Origin: a virus
DNA: 64,000 bases
Virus record (IMG/VR): IMGVR_UViG_3300045988_128894
Span: 24,731 to 88,730 of that record
Reading direction: 5' to 3' (one strand)
Numbering within the stretch: position 1 is the first letter of the stretch; every line of letters starts with the position of its first letter. A model generated the notes under the pieces. That model searched no databases and was not told the origin of the DNA. It worked only from the letters and a program-made list of their open reading frames with translations. This document shows, one piece after another, positions 1 through 9,448 of the stretch. The position numbers and the translations under genes are program-made.

Positions 1-4
1 TGAT

Positions 5-409
5 ATGAAAGAGGTCAACGGTATCGGAACCGCAATGGAAATCTCTGCGAAAAATCCGACTGAAATTGACTGGATTATCGGTCTGATTGTCCGCACTGGT
101 TGGTATGGTCTGCACAACTGCTTCTCTCGTACTACGCTCAAGAGCTTGCACGAGCTGTATAACAAAGATTTTGGCAAGATGGACAGAATCGAAAATGTCT
201 TGGTTCCGGTTATGACCGCAAACCGTCCTGATACGTTCCGCAATGTTTCTGAGCTGGTGTTTACCAAGAGCAATAAGCAGGGCTATCTTGCTATGTATCA
301 GCTGTACACCAACATGATTATGAGTAATCGTGACACTCGTATGAAATTCCTCGAAAAGATTGCAGGTATGGGTATTAAGGTTCCGGCTATCGCAAAGCAG
401 GCTGAATAA
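5..409 (+). CDS. hypothetical protein (first ORF in window; start may lie upstream)
   Basis: 134-aa ORF ending TAA; at window edge so no RBS visible; no recognisable motifs. Confidence 0.4.
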   Translation: MKEVNGIGTAMEISAKNPTEIDWIIGLIVRTGWYGLHNCFSRTTLKSLHELYNKDFGKMDRIENVLVPVMTANRPDTFRNVSELVFTKSNKQGYLAMYQLYTNMIMSNRDTRMKFLEKIAGMGIKVPAIAKQAE

Positions 410-474
410 ATTACATAGCAACGTAATAAATAATTGCGAAAATTACATAAAAGATATGTTTTAAGGGGGTTATT

Positions 475-732
475 ATGACCGCAAGAGAATATTGCAAGAG
501 CCATCCTGTAACCGCTTATGATAGCAGCTATGGCCGTTGTGGTGGTTTTCAGATTCATGGCGATATCGAATACGGCATTGACGATTACCTTTATGGTATG
601 TCTGGTGCACTGTGCGAAGATGAGAAATATCATAGTTATCATCACCTGAAAATCATCTATGCACCGTCTGGCAGAGCATACGTTAAGTGTTTCGGCAAGC
701 GAATCTATCTTGATGAGTGCATGAGAGTGTAA
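475..732 (+). CDS. hypothetical small Cys/His-rich protein
   Basis: ORF with GGGGG RBS 7 nt upstream of ATG. Confidence 0.5.
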   Translation: MTAREYCKSHPVTAYDSSYGRCGGFQIHGDIEYGIDDYLYGMSGALCEDEKYHSYHHLKIIYAPSGRAYVKCFGKRIYLDECMRV

Positions 733-745
733 AGGAGAACACAAG

Positions 746-886
746 ATGAAAAAAGGTCAATGGTTTATGAACGATGAAACCGGTGTTATCACCAACATTC
801 ATCGGGAAGCTGTCGAATGGTTTCGGCAGGGTGCGAATGTTTCTATCTGGATCAACGGTGTTTTTGTGTGCCGTTGGGGTCACTGA
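746..886 (+). CDS. hypothetical 46-aa protein
   Basis: AAGGAG RBS then ATG at 746, TGA at 884; below ORF-track cutoff. Confidence 0.35.
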   Translation: MKKGQWFMNDETGVITNIHREAVEWFRQGANVSIWINGVFVCRWGH

Positions 887-906
887 TAAGAAAAGGAGAA
901 TAAAAA

Positions 907-1233
907 ATGCGTGCTACTGTTGAAGTGTATGAGAACAATGCAGGCGGTATCTGTGTTGCAGTCTTTGGTCAGAATGGTTTGACGAATCTGTTTGTCGTTA
1001 CTCCTGATGGTAATGAAACAAGAATGACGAGGGCATTCTATCAGGAAGCATCATACGGGTTCCCTGGCGATGATGAATACAATGCAGAAGATTTTTCTGG
1101 TTTGTCCATGGATGATGCTTATGCAGACATCTGCAATAACAACCTGATTGCAGAGTTTTATGATAATCGTGTTGTAAACCTGTATCCGGCAGACATGGGT
1201 ATTGCCGGAATGGAGCTGTTTGGTATGGCTTGA
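907..1233 (+). CDS. hypothetical protein
   Basis: AAGGAG RBS; 108 aa. Confidence 0.5.
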   Translation: MRATVEVYENNAGGICVAVFGQNGLTNLFVVTPDGNETRMTRAFYQEASYGFPGDDEYNAEDFSGLSMDDAYADICNNNLIAEFYDNRVVNLYPADMGIAGMELFGMA

Positions 1234-1315
1234 CCGTATATTCACAAAATTGTCATGAATAAGAAACGTATCAACGCGCTAAAATGCGACGTTAATAAAA
1301 TCTACATTTTAGTGC

Positions 1316-1344
1316 TTGACAGAATCAGTAGTATCCTGTATTCT
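1316..1344 (+). promoter_or_regulatory. sigma70-like promoter (TTGACA-17-TATTCT) containing inverted copy of the 21-bp motif
   Basis: TTGACA 1316-1321, 17-nt spacer, TATTCT 1339-1344; motif GTATCCTGTATTCTATAGCTA 1331-1351. Confidence 0.45.
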
Positions 1345-1359
1345 ATAGCTAGAAAGGGC

Positions 1360-1385
1360 AGTCCGTCATAGGACTTTTATTTTTA
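1360..1385 (+). terminator. rho-independent terminator-like hairpin
   Basis: AGTCC-gtcata-GGACT stem-loop followed by TTTTATTTTT. Confidence 0.5.
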
Positions 1386-1390
1386 CCATA

Positions 1391-1411
1391 TAGCTATACA
1401 ATACAGGATAC
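1391..1411 (+). promoter_or_regulatory. 21-bp conserved motif TAGCTATACAATACAGGATAC (direct copy) just 5' of RBS
   Basis: one of 6 direct copies; followed by AAAAAAGGAG RBS and gene start 1433. Confidence 0.4.
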
Positions 1412-1432
1412 AAAAAAGGAGAGTCAACTGCT

Positions 1433-1981
1433 ATGGCTATGTACAAAACTAAGAAAGATGCAGCTTATGCATGGATTCAGGAGTTTAATGCGATTCCTCA
1501 GAGCGTTATTGAAAAGCTCGCCAAGGTCGATTTGGAAGAGAATGGTGAAGGCATTACCGAAATCACGCCGCCGTCTTGCTGTGATCATGTCTATATCTTT
1601 AGCGGTGACCACTATGGCAAAAATGGTGAGATTCGGAGCTACAACAAAGATGACAACACTTACAAAATTTGTCTCGACGGCACTGGCGAGGAAGTTGATG
1701 TCAGAGAAGATGATTTTGAAGTCGAGCGTGACGACTTCTTTCCGATGTGGGGAACGATGTGGCAGTTTGGCAATTCGTGTGATAACTGGTGGCTTGAAAA
1801 TCATCTTCAGGAAATGGCAGATTGCGGATTCCGTATCTATAAGCAAGAGGATTTTGAGTACGTTTTCGGCATTGATGGTTGTGGCTACGACTTTTACGAA
1901 TCTCATTGGATTCCGCTTTATGAAAAGCGTGGATTCCATTGGGATGATGAGACTGTAAAGGAGCTGGAAGAAAATGCGTAA
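1433..1981 (+). CDS. hypothetical protein
   Basis: 182-aa ORF, AAGGAG RBS, acidic/Trp-rich. Confidence 0.55.
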   Translation: MAMYKTKKDAAYAWIQEFNAIPQSVIEKLAKVDLEENGEGITEITPPSCCDHVYIFSGDHYGKNGEIRSYNKDDNTYKICLDGTGEEVDVREDDFEVERDDFFPMWGTMWQFGNSCDNWWLENHLQEMADCGFRIYKQEDFEYVFGIDGCGYDFYESHWIPLYEKRGFHWDDETVKELEENA

Positions 1982-2213
1982 GACGTTGCTTGAACGACTT
2001 TTGGATGCCGGATATCCGAAAGCAGAAATTTATCATCATATGTCCGACCTTTATGTTTTTGTAACACCGTTGACTACAAAAATTATTTCTGAATGGTGTG
2101 ATGAAAATGGGTATACGATGAACTTTCATTGTGCAAAATTCGTGGATCAGATTACGGGGAACATGATGTACGACTGTGTTTTTCAGTATTATGAGGTGGA
2201 AGAAAATGACTGA
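1974..2213 (+). CDS. hypothetical protein
   Basis: ORF overlapping previous stop; 79 aa. Confidence 0.5.
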   Translation: MRKTLLERLLDAGYPKAEIYHHMSDLYVFVTPLTTKIISEWCDENGYTMNFHCAKFVDQITGNMMYDCVFQYYEVEEND

Positions 2214-2367
2214 TATTCAGGAAAAGATGTGGGACGTGCTGGTTGAGATGTCCGGTGAGGATGTTGCAAGAGCGTTTGCAAATTTCTTTGGTAATCAGCT
2301 TTTGAACGAGGATTTCCATCAGTTTTTGGTTGATGAAGGTTATATGGAAAGCGAGGATGAAGAATGA
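2206..2367 (+). CDS. hypothetical small acidic protein
   Basis: GAGGTGG RBS before ATG 2206 (ATGA overlap with upstream stop). Confidence 0.45.
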   Translation: MTDIQEKMWDVLVEMSGEDVARAFANFFGNQLLNEDFHQFLVDEGYMESEDEE

Positions 2368-2603
2368 TCATTGATTCTATTCTTGACCGTAAGGACGGCA
2401 GACACTACAGTGCTCATGATTTCTATCTTGAGGTCAGGAAATATGAGCGTTTGGGTGTTGGGACAAACGGCGAGGATATTTCTATTGCAATGGATTACGG
2501 TGATAACAAAGATGTGCAGCGTGTTCTGTGTCAGTATATCCAGCGCAATGGATACCCGGCAGATATTGAGGACTACATAAGAAGTCAAGTCTGGGTGGTA
2601 TAA
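2364..2603 (+). CDS. hypothetical protein
   Basis: ATGA start/stop overlap; 79 aa. Confidence 0.5.
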   Translation: MIIDSILDRKDGRHYSAHDFYLEVRKYERLGVGTNGEDISIAMDYGDNKDVQRVLCQYIQRNGYPADIEDYIRSQVWVV

Positions 2604-2703
2604 GCAGCAGATGCTAGGTGATTAGCGGTACTAGGGCAGACATAACCGCTACCAATGCGAAAGCATGAACGAATACACACATGAAAATAAAGGAGATGGT
2701 GCT

Positions 2704-2907
2704 ATGAAAGTGGGGACATTGCTTAATCTGTTTGATGATTGGAACAAATATATCATCATCAACGACAATAGTTTGAATCGTCTGTATAATGCACGAACCA
2801 AAATCTTTGAATTTATGGACGAAAAAGAAAAGCATAAAGATTTACTCGGCAAAGAAATCGTATCGTTTGGACTTTACGACGATGATTTCTGCGTAAGAGT
2901 GAAATAA
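2704..2907 (+). CDS. hypothetical protein
   Basis: AAAGGAGA RBS before ATG 2704 (in frame with longer 2665 ORF). Confidence 0.45.
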   Translation: MKVGTLLNLFDDWNKYIIINDNSLNRLYNARTKIFEFMDEKEKHKDLLGKEIVSFGLYDDDFCVRVK

Positions 2908-2920
2908 AGGAGATAGCATT

Positions 2921-3112
2921 ATGGATAAAGAATATAACATTCCCGAATTATACGACAAGTACGGTCTCAAATATGAGATGAATTATGATGAGATTTGCTC
3001 TTTACTTCTCAAGAGAATTAAGGAAGACCCTAATTTTAACAACTATGTAAGGGCCGACTTGATTGATAAGCTGGGCTGGATTCACGACACGTTAATTGAT
3101 GAAACGTGGTAA
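2921..3112 (+). CDS. hypothetical protein
   Basis: AAAGGAGA RBS. Confidence 0.5.
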   Translation: MDKEYNIPELYDKYGLKYEMNYDEICSLLLKRIKEDPNFNNYVRADLIDKLGWIHDTLIDETW

Positions 3113-3130
3113 ATAAAAGGAGTGTTAGGT

Positions 3131-3421
3131 ATGAAGAAGTTTAATTCGACCTCAAATAAAGGATTCAATATGACTTTTGCAAATGGTATTACTGCAAGCG
3201 TCCAGTGGGGAACTGGGAATTACTGCGATAACTATTTTAGTAAAGACTTCTCTTTCTCAAAAGAAGCAAGTTCTAATACAGCAGAAGTGGCCGCATGGAA
3301 TGAAAACGACGAATGGGTTACAAATAAGTTCTGCGACACCTGTGATGATGTTGCTGGGTATCTCTCCCCAGATGAAGTGTTGCAGTTTTTGAATAGCTGT
3401 GCAAATTACAAAACGGCTTAA
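3131..3421 (+). CDS. hypothetical protein
   Basis: AAAGGAG RBS before ATG 3131. Confidence 0.5.
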   Translation: MKKFNSTSNKGFNMTFANGITASVQWGTGNYCDNYFSKDFSFSKEASSNTAEVAAWNENDEWVTNKFCDTCDDVAGYLSPDEVLQFLNSCANYKTA

Positions 3422-3456
3422 AATCATGCTTTTACAATGACTAGGGAGATTACAGA

Positions 3457-3660
3457 ATGAAACCATTAAGAGATAATCCTATCGAAGAAGGAATAGATGC
3501 TTTCTTTGAAGAAAAACAAAGACTCGAAGAAGAAAAGCAAAAACTCGAAGAAGAAATCAGAGATTACGAACAGGATTATTTGGACCGATATTATGATTGG
3601 TTAGAGGAGGAAGAACAAGAGTGTCGTTTAGAACTTCTTAATGACCTTTACAATGACTAA
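3457..3660 (+). CDS. hypothetical acidic coiled-coil protein
   Basis: GGGAG RBS; E/K-rich repeats. Confidence 0.5.
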   Translation: MKPLRDNPIEEGIDAFFEEKQRLEEEKQKLEEEIRDYEQDYLDRYYDWLEEEEQECRLELLNDLYND

Positions 3661-3672
3661 GGAGGTTACATT

Positions 3673-4104
3673 ATGACCTTTGAACAGTACAAGAAGAATC
3701 GTCCATTCTTTTCTGATCCGTACTATGTGAATATTGTAGAAAGAGTAGAAGAACAGTTCTTCTCTATTCCGGCAGAAAAAATTCACGATACAGAGAACGA
3801 ACTTCCTCATAAACTTAATTTTGGAACTCTCGGTGAATCAAAATATCTTTCTGTTCCTTGTATTGTATTTATGAGTGATGGCACAGAGTATGGAACGTAT
3901 GTTGATATCGCTGGTTATTATTGTTATCAAGATAATCAGTGGTATTTTGATCGCATTGATGTTAGTAGAACGCTGTCTCTGCATGAAGTGTATAGAAGAA
4001 AACCGACAGTTTTGAAGTGGGTTCCGTTGAAGATTGTCTGTGACGAAGACGAAAGAGATGATAGATGTTTTCAATACAATGGAGAACATTATAAAATCAT
4101 ATAA
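3673..4104 (+). CDS. hypothetical protein
   Basis: AAGGAGG RBS; 143 aa. Confidence 0.55.
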   Translation: MTFEQYKKNRPFFSDPYYVNIVERVEEQFFSIPAEKIHDTENELPHKLNFGTLGESKYLSVPCIVFMSDGTEYGTYVDIAGYYCYQDNQWYFDRIDVSRTLSLHEVYRRKPTVLKWVPLKIVCDEDERDDRCFQYNGEHYKII

Positions 4105-4124
4105 ACAAAAGGAGCTAGTACAAT

Positions 4125-4358
4125 ATGACTGAGAAAGATAAACGGATTCTAAAATACGCAATCGATAATCTTGTTCTTAGAGAAATCGAATTATGCAAAG
4201 GAAGTTGTAAAAGCAACCCTGAAAACAAAGCGAACCGTGAACGAGATCGTGAGTTGATTATTTATGGTATTCACAGCGTTTTATATGAGGTTGAACGTCT
4301 TGAAGAACAGGAAAAGGAGATGCTGGAGAAAGTCAAACATGAAGTGGTTCAGTTTTGA
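4125..4358 (+). CDS. hypothetical protein
   Basis: AAAGGAG RBS. Confidence 0.5.
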   Translation: MTEKDKRILKYAIDNLVLREIELCKGSCKSNPENKANRERDRELIIYGIHSVLYEVERLEEQEKEMLEKVKHEVVQF

Positions 4359-4372
4359 TTGGAGTGATAAAA

Positions 4373-4678
4373 ATGGACGAAAGCAAAGTTGTGAAGCAGA
4401 TTGCCGAATGGATGGTCAAAGAAGGTACAAAAAATACTACAGAAGGCAATTGGATTTTTCATATTGACGAAATCACAAAAGAATTTAACGTAAGCAAAAT
4501 GTTTGTTGCGGCCTATTGTGGAGAGATTTTTGATTCACTTTATGAACACGAATCGGTTGCTGATGTGGAATGTACTCTACAAGAAGGCTCTAATTTTTAT
4601 GTGAAAACTTTTGACGTTGATTTTTATACAAAATTTTGTCCCAATGTAGAGGATAAAAATTGGAGTGAGATTGTATGA
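4373..4678 (+). CDS. hypothetical protein, paralog of 8174-8671 product
   Basis: GGAGTG RBS; shares EGTKNTxxGxWxFxxDExxKxFNV and DVDFYTxFCPN blocks with 8174 ORF. Confidence 0.5.
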   Translation: MDESKVVKQIAEWMVKEGTKNTTEGNWIFHIDEITKEFNVSKMFVAAYCGEIFDSLYEHESVADVECTLQEGSNFYVKTFDVDFYTKFCPNVEDKNWSEIV

Positions 4679-4860
4679 CCAACACTGAAAAGAATATCGT
4701 TCTCGCAGCTCTTTCTTCATATCGGCGTAAGCTGATGGATCAGAGTGTTTCGTTCCTCAGAGCTGGCAATCACGAGGATGCAAGAGCAAGCACGATTGAA
4801 GCAGCCAACGTGAATGCGTTGGTGATTAAGTTTACAAGAGAAAAGGAGTTTGCAATATGA
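4675..4860 (+). CDS. hypothetical protein
   Basis: ATGA overlap; 61 aa. Confidence 0.45.
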   Translation: MTNTEKNIVLAALSSYRRKLMDQSVSFLRAGNHEDARASTIEAANVNALVIKFTREKEFAI

Positions 4861-5144
4861 GAAACCTGTCTAAACAGAACCGCAAGAAAATTTTTGATTT
4901 GATCAAACGTGATTGCACATTTGTTGGCTCTTACGATTTGGAACATTCTGAAGAAAGTGTTTTGACTTATCTCCCGAAGCCAGGCACACAGATTCACAAA
5001 GATGTTGAAGAGGTTCGTGTCATAAAGAACCGCAAGACTGGAAACTGGGTTGAATCCGTTGTTGATGTGCGTTGGTATTACGGTATGACTTGCGCTGATG
5101 CAGAGATGATTGAACGCAAATATCAGTGCAAGTCTAATAAATGA
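4857..5144 (+). CDS. hypothetical protein
   Basis: ATGA overlap; 95 aa. Confidence 0.5.
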   Translation: MRNLSKQNRKKIFDLIKRDCTFVGSYDLEHSEESVLTYLPKPGTQIHKDVEEVRVIKNRKTGNWVESVVDVRWYYGMTCADAEMIERKYQCKSNK

Positions 5145-5156
5145 GATAGGTGGAAT

Positions 5157-5327
5157 ATGAAATACAAAAGAATGAAGATTGTTTATATTGATGGCTGGTA
5201 TCATGTTGAACAAACATGGATGAGCGGCAAGGTTATTATTACTCCGTATAGATGGAAGGATAAAAGAATAGCTCAATCCTACGTTGTTGCTTTTTATGAA
5301 GCTGGGGAGGTGGCAGAAATTGACTGA
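5157..5327 (+). CDS. hypothetical 56-aa protein
   Basis: GGTGG RBS, ATG 5157, TGA 5325. Confidence 0.3.
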   Translation: MKYKRMKIVYIDGWYHVEQTWMSGKVIITPYRWKDKRIAQSYVVAFYEAGEVAEID

Positions 5328-5556
5328 TCCATGCCATTATTGCGTGGCACCGGAGCGTTATCCTGGTTGCCACGACCATTGCAAAAAGCTGAAAGCCCAT
5401 CGTGAAAGTGATGAGTATAAGAAGCTGTGTGAATATAAGAATACATACCTAAAAAGCCATTCGACAGCAAGCTCTTCTCAGATTAACAAAGCGATGCGGT
5501 ATTTCAAATGTAAAGGTTATAGCCTTTATGGATTCAAGAATGTTGGGAGTGTGTAA
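5320..5556 (+). CDS. hypothetical Cys/His-rich protein (start uncertain; alternatives TTG 5284, ATG 5296)
   Basis: GGAGG RBS 9 nt before TTG 5320; CHYC...CHDHC motif. Confidence 0.4.
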   Translation: MTDPCHYCVAPERYPGCHDHCKKLKAHRESDEYKKLCEYKNTYLKSHSTASSSQINKAMRYFKCKGYSLYGFKNVGSV

Positions 5557-5557
5557 A

Positions 5558-5737
5558 ATGAACGGCTATTACGTTACTATTGAAACAAGAGTTACTTACA
5601 CAACGTTTGTAGAAGCAGACAACAAAGATGATGCTTATGAAATTGCGAAAGATAGATTTGTTGCCGGTGAGATTGAACCAGATAATCCGAATCCGACGGA
5701 CATTGATAGTGTTACGGTAAAAGACGCAGAGGAGTGA
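5558..5737 (+). CDS. hypothetical protein, member of a small paralog family (with 8718 and 9053 ORFs)
   Basis: GGAGTG RBS; YxVTxxTxxxxVEADxKDxAxxIA pattern shared. Confidence 0.45.
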   Translation: MNGYYVTIETRVTYTTFVEADNKDDAYEIAKDRFVAGEIEPDNPNPTDIDSVTVKDAEE

Positions 5738-5741
5738 TAAA

Positions 5742-6254
5742 ATGAGAGAATTTGAAGGTTTTATTTTTCCTAACGGAAGAATTGTAGCGATTCCTGAAGA
5801 GGAATATATGGCAGCTATCGAAGCGGGAAAAGAAATTCTTGTGTTTTGTGGTGGATGGGCTGGTGGATACGCTAGAGCGTTTGGTGCAGATAAGGAACAG
5901 GATATTTATGAGCCTGATAAAACTTGTTACATGGTCTATTCGTATGATGTTATGGATAAGACCTTTACGCCAGAAGATATGAAGCGGTTCGCTAAAGTGA
6001 TTGTCACAGATGGTATCCGTGTGTATATGAAAACAGGTGAGTCGGCCAGTGATTATTATTCTGGAACCTTCTGTGACTGTGGTACGAAAGACCGGCTCGA
6101 AGAACATTACCCTGACACTTGTAGTAATGATATTGAACAATACGATTTCAGTGATTGTCAGACAGTTGATTTTGATATGACGGTTCGTATGCTGGGTGCC
6201 GATGATAAAGATTACGAAGGTATGGTAAAGATGCTCAAGGAGATTTTGAGGTGA
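5742..6254 (+). CDS. hypothetical protein
   Basis: GGAGTG RBS; 170 aa. Confidence 0.55.
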   Translation: MREFEGFIFPNGRIVAIPEEEYMAAIEAGKEILVFCGGWAGGYARAFGADKEQDIYEPDKTCYMVYSYDVMDKTFTPEDMKRFAKVIVTDGIRVYMKTGESASDYYSGTFCDCGTKDRLEEHYPDTCSNDIEQYDFSDCQTVDFDMTVRMLGADDKDYEGMVKMLKEILR

Positions 6255-6258
6255 TAAA

Positions 6259-6480
6259 ATGTGGGATCTAGTTGAAAATGAATATTCTAAAAAATATGGA
6301 ATTGGGTGTGCAACCTTTTTTCGTGACAAACAATTAAAAACAGCAATGGTTATGTATAAATATAATGGCCGTAGCGTTATGTTTTGCTATTCCGAGTACG
6401 ATAATAAGATTCTATCTGACGGTGATAAAGACGAAATTGAGATGACAATCAAAAAGAAACTCAACTTTTGGAAGGATTAA
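6259..6480 (+). CDS. hypothetical protein
   Basis: GAGGTG RBS. Confidence 0.5.
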   Translation: MWDLVENEYSKKYGIGCATFFRDKQLKTAMVMYKYNGRSVMFCYSEYDNKILSDGDKDEIEMTIKKKLNFWKD

Positions 6481-6482
6481 CT

Positions 6483-6731
6483 ATGTGGGATCTGAGAGAA
6501 GTCCACGCTTGTTTTGATGGTGAAAGTTGGGTTTGGAACGGATCTTTCCATCACAAGGATGTATTTGTAGATGAGAACGAAAACCCGAGAGAAATCTTCT
6601 GGCAAGAATGTCAGATGTTCTTCCTTCAAGATTATCTTAATAAGTGCGAAATCGTTGATGATGGTGATATTCTAGAACTTCAATTGAAGGATTCTGGCGA
6701 GCCGGTTCTTGCTATGATGATTGCAGAGTAA
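6483..6731 (+). CDS. hypothetical protein
   Basis: ATG 6483 after GGAAGG. Confidence 0.45.
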   Translation: MWDLREVHACFDGESWVWNGSFHHKDVFVDENENPREIFWQECQMFFLQDYLNKCEIVDDGDILELQLKDSGEPVLAMMIAE

Positions 6732-6744
6732 AGGAGAATGAATT

Positions 6745-7017
6745 ATGACACGTTTTTATTTGGATGCGGGTACTCTTGGCCGTTGGATGCACCAGAATAA
6801 AGCACAATACACTGGTGCTTATGTTGAAGGTGTTCTGGTTGATAGTTTTGTCGTTGAAACAAAGCGTGGAGTCGCAGCCATCTATGAACACTATCTGAAT
6901 GAGTGGACAAGCAACTATTATGTTGAGTTCACTGATTACAAGAACGGTTTTAAGAATGGCGAGGTCGATAAGATTTGGTCTGATTGGTACGCTTTTGAAG
7001 AAAAGGCTAGTGCATAA
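6745..7017 (+). CDS. hypothetical protein
   Basis: AAAGGAGA RBS. Confidence 0.5.
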   Translation: MTRFYLDAGTLGRWMHQNKAQYTGAYVEGVLVDSFVVETKRGVAAIYEHYLNEWTSNYYVEFTDYKNGFKNGEVDKIWSDWYAFEEKASA

Positions 7018-7030
7018 GAGGTGATGGAAT

Positions 7031-7225
7031 ATGGAACTGCTTACTTTACTTTCAATTATTCCGGATGACATTAGCTTTACGCTTTGTGATTGTAATTCAG
7101 GCGAAGAAATTGAATGTTACAATAATAATTCTCTTCTTGAAATTTCAGAAGCAAGACGCTACACGGTTGACTTCATCACACCAGAGTTCAATATGCTGAT
7201 GATTTTTGTGAAAGAAAAAGATTGA
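7031..7225 (+). CDS. hypothetical protein
   Basis: GAGGTG RBS. Confidence 0.45.
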   Translation: MELLTLLSIIPDDISFTLCDCNSGEEIECYNNNSLLEISEARRYTVDFITPEFNMLMIFVKEKD

Positions 7226-7244
7226 TAAAAGGGAGATTTTAAAT

Positions 7245-8144
7245 ATGTTATATTGCTATGATAATGAAACCATAAAATGGACAGACAACGATATAAATTA
7301 TTGTTTACATATTTGGGCAGACAATGGCGAAGAGTGTAACCCTCGTGATTATGACCATGATTCTATTATGGCTTGCTTTTATGGGAATTATAAACTTGGA
7401 GACTTTATTGAAGCAGATACACCGGAAAGTTTTTGGAATAACCTTGTTTGGAAGTATTGCGACGACAAGGAAGTTCTTGATGCACTTGTAAACAAAAAGT
7501 TATTTGATACATGTGCAGTTCAATATCACGACCAGGATGACGATAATGATTATTGGGCAATTTGCGTCAATGATTTTGAGTCAAACGATTGGATTCCAAA
7601 TGAAGAAGAATATTCTTGGAGAAATCTGTTTTATGATGATCTTGTTCAGTATTCAAGAGGAGATTTTTCCATTCGTGATTGTATGAAATTGCTTGAAAAG
7701 AAAGTGGTTTGGCTTCCTCTTTGGATTTACGAACACAGCGTAATCACGATGAGCTGCGGAGATCGGACATATCCTTACAATGATACGTTTGATTCAAGTT
7801 GCGCTGGATGGATTGTTACTGTTCTTTCTGACTTTAACGAAAAGAATAAAGCTATTGCTGAAAAAAATATGGAACTTGACGTTGAGGCATATAACAACTA
7901 TCTGACTGGTGAAGTGTATGGGTATACGCTTTATGAACAGGATGGTTTTGTAGAAGATGATGTCGAAGAAAGCGCCGAATCCAATTGGGTTGAAATTGAT
8001 TCTTGTGGTGGTTTTCTTGGAGATGATCTTGTTCAAAATGGTATGGCCTACAATGCAGGTAATGGTTTAGAAGAAGCTATTAAAAATAACAAATACGAAG
8101 AAGGCGAAGCAAAAAAGGTTGTTACAACTAGCTGGCGCTTTTGA
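7245..8144 (+). CDS. hypothetical acidic 299-aa protein
   Basis: GGGAG RBS; D/E/W-rich, no known motifs. Confidence 0.55.
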   Translation: MLYCYDNETIKWTDNDINYCLHIWADNGEECNPRDYDHDSIMACFYGNYKLGDFIEADTPESFWNNLVWKYCDDKEVLDALVNKKLFDTCAVQYHDQDDDNDYWAICVNDFESNDWIPNEEEYSWRNLFYDDLVQYSRGDFSIRDCMKLLEKKVVWLPLWIYEHSVITMSCGDRTYPYNDTFDSSCAGWIVTVLSDFNEKNKAIAEKNMELDVEAYNNYLTGEVYGYTLYEQDGFVEDDVEESAESNWVEIDSCGGFLGDDLVQNGMAYNAGNGLEEAIKNNKYEEGEAKKVVTTSWRF

Positions 8145-8173
8145 TAAATGTTGAATTTTAGGAGGAAAATATC

Positions 8174-8671
8174 ATGGATGACAACATGATGGAACGTCAG
8201 ATTGCTGACTATATGGTGAAGTATGGTACAGAGAATACGAACTACGGTACATGGGTATTTGAAGTTGACGAGTTAGCAAAGAAATTCAATGTAACAGAAG
8301 AGTGGATTAAGAGACACGATGATGGAATCATGTCTGAGTTATATCTTAGAGAGGAGGTTGCGGATGTTGAGCGTGAACTAAGTGGCGACTACATGACCAT
8401 CACACTTTTTGATGTTGATTTCTACACTGATTTTTGTCCAAATTACGTTGAGGATGAACAGGAAAAGGATTGCGGCGTAGATAAATACTGGTTCGCAGAA
8501 ACTCGTTGGTGTACTGATGATGTTATCGAAGCAGCAAAACAGAAAGGAATTGTGTTGACTCCGAAGCAGGCTGAACTGTGGTGGCAGAAGAACGAAAAGT
8601 GGTTCAAGGATACTCTTGTTGAATATGGCAATGAGATTCTTTTTAATGCAAATTTTAATATGGTGTTTTAA
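8174..8671 (+). CDS. hypothetical protein, paralog of 4373-4678 product
   Basis: AGGAGG RBS; N-terminal ~100 aa similar to 4373 ORF. Confidence 0.55.
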   Translation: MDDNMMERQIADYMVKYGTENTNYGTWVFEVDELAKKFNVTEEWIKRHDDGIMSELYLREEVADVERELSGDYMTITLFDVDFYTDFCPNYVEDEQEKDCGVDKYWFAETRWCTDDVIEAAKQKGIVLTPKQAELWWQKNEKWFKDTLVEYGNEILFNANFNMVF

Positions 8672-8717
8672 AGGACACGACAAAAGCGAATAAGGCACCG
8701 AAAGAGGTATATGAGAT

Positions 8718-8957
8718 ATGAGTAAGTATTATGAAGTTTGTTTTTATACAAAGAAAGGTGGTGAGCAAAGTTGGATAATCCATGTTGAAGCAGAAACCGC
8801 CAAAGAAGCTAAAGAAATCGCAATTCATAAATGGGCTTGCGATAGACGCTTCAGCGGTATGCACCAATTCGGGGTCAAGGTTCGCCTTCTTAAAGCTGAT
8901 GAAGAATTTTGTTGGCATTACTTCGCATTAATCGGAAAAGGATATTCCAATTCTTAA
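8718..8957 (+). CDS. hypothetical protein (paralog family)
   Basis: AGAGG RBS. Confidence 0.5.
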   Translation: MSKYYEVCFYTKKGGEQSWIIHVEAETAKEAKEIAIHKWACDRRFSGMHQFGVKVRLLKADEEFCWHYFALIGKGYSNS

Positions 8958-9052
8958 GGCCGAGATTGGGCTGACGACCCGTCCACCGAAACCGCCCCAT
9001 CCTCGCATGGTAATGAAGTGCTGGAAGATGCAGATCTTAGTGAGGTGTAATT

Positions 9053-9247
9053 ATGAAATACGAAGTTACTGTGGTTAAAACTGGATATATTTATGTCGAA
9101 GCGGATAGTAAAGATGAAGCGATGAGTATTGCCGACAATCAATCCGAAAGTGCTGTAAACTGGTGTGATTATTGGGGAGCAACAGACGCTATCGAGGACG
9201 AAGACCCTGATTTTCATGAAGAAGTTTGCGGCTATATAAGAAAATAA
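9053..9247 (+). CDS. hypothetical protein (paralog family)
   Basis: GAGGTG RBS; similar to 5558 ORF. Confidence 0.5.
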   Translation: MKYEVTVVKTGYIYVEADSKDEAMSIADNQSESAVNWCDYWGATDAIEDEDPDFHEEVCGYIRK

Positions 9248-9262
9248 AAGGAGAGTTCTATT

Positions 9263-9448
9263 ATGAAATATGACACTCAAGCGATGGCCGAGGTCCTTTG
9301 TAAAACAGCAGGAGTTGAATATAGCTCTGATTTGGAAAAATTGCTGTACCATTTAGATGTTCAAGCACAAAATCCTTACAATGCAGATTTTCGGCGTACA
9401 AGTTTGGCTATCATTGTAAAAGTGTGTGAGGAGTTGGAAAAACGATAA
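9263..9448 (+). CDS. hypothetical protein
   Basis: AAAGGAGAG RBS. Confidence 0.5.
   Translation: MKYDTQAMAEVLCKTAGVEYSSDLEKLLYHLDVQAQNPYNADFRRTSLAIIVKVCEELEKR

Noticed and set aside
1391-1426. Direct copies of the 21-bp motif acting as minus-strand sigma70 promoters
   Set aside because: The 1391 copy has a TTGACT 18 bp away on the minus strand, but the other five direct copies lack any -35 on that strand and there are no minus-strand genes to transcribe.
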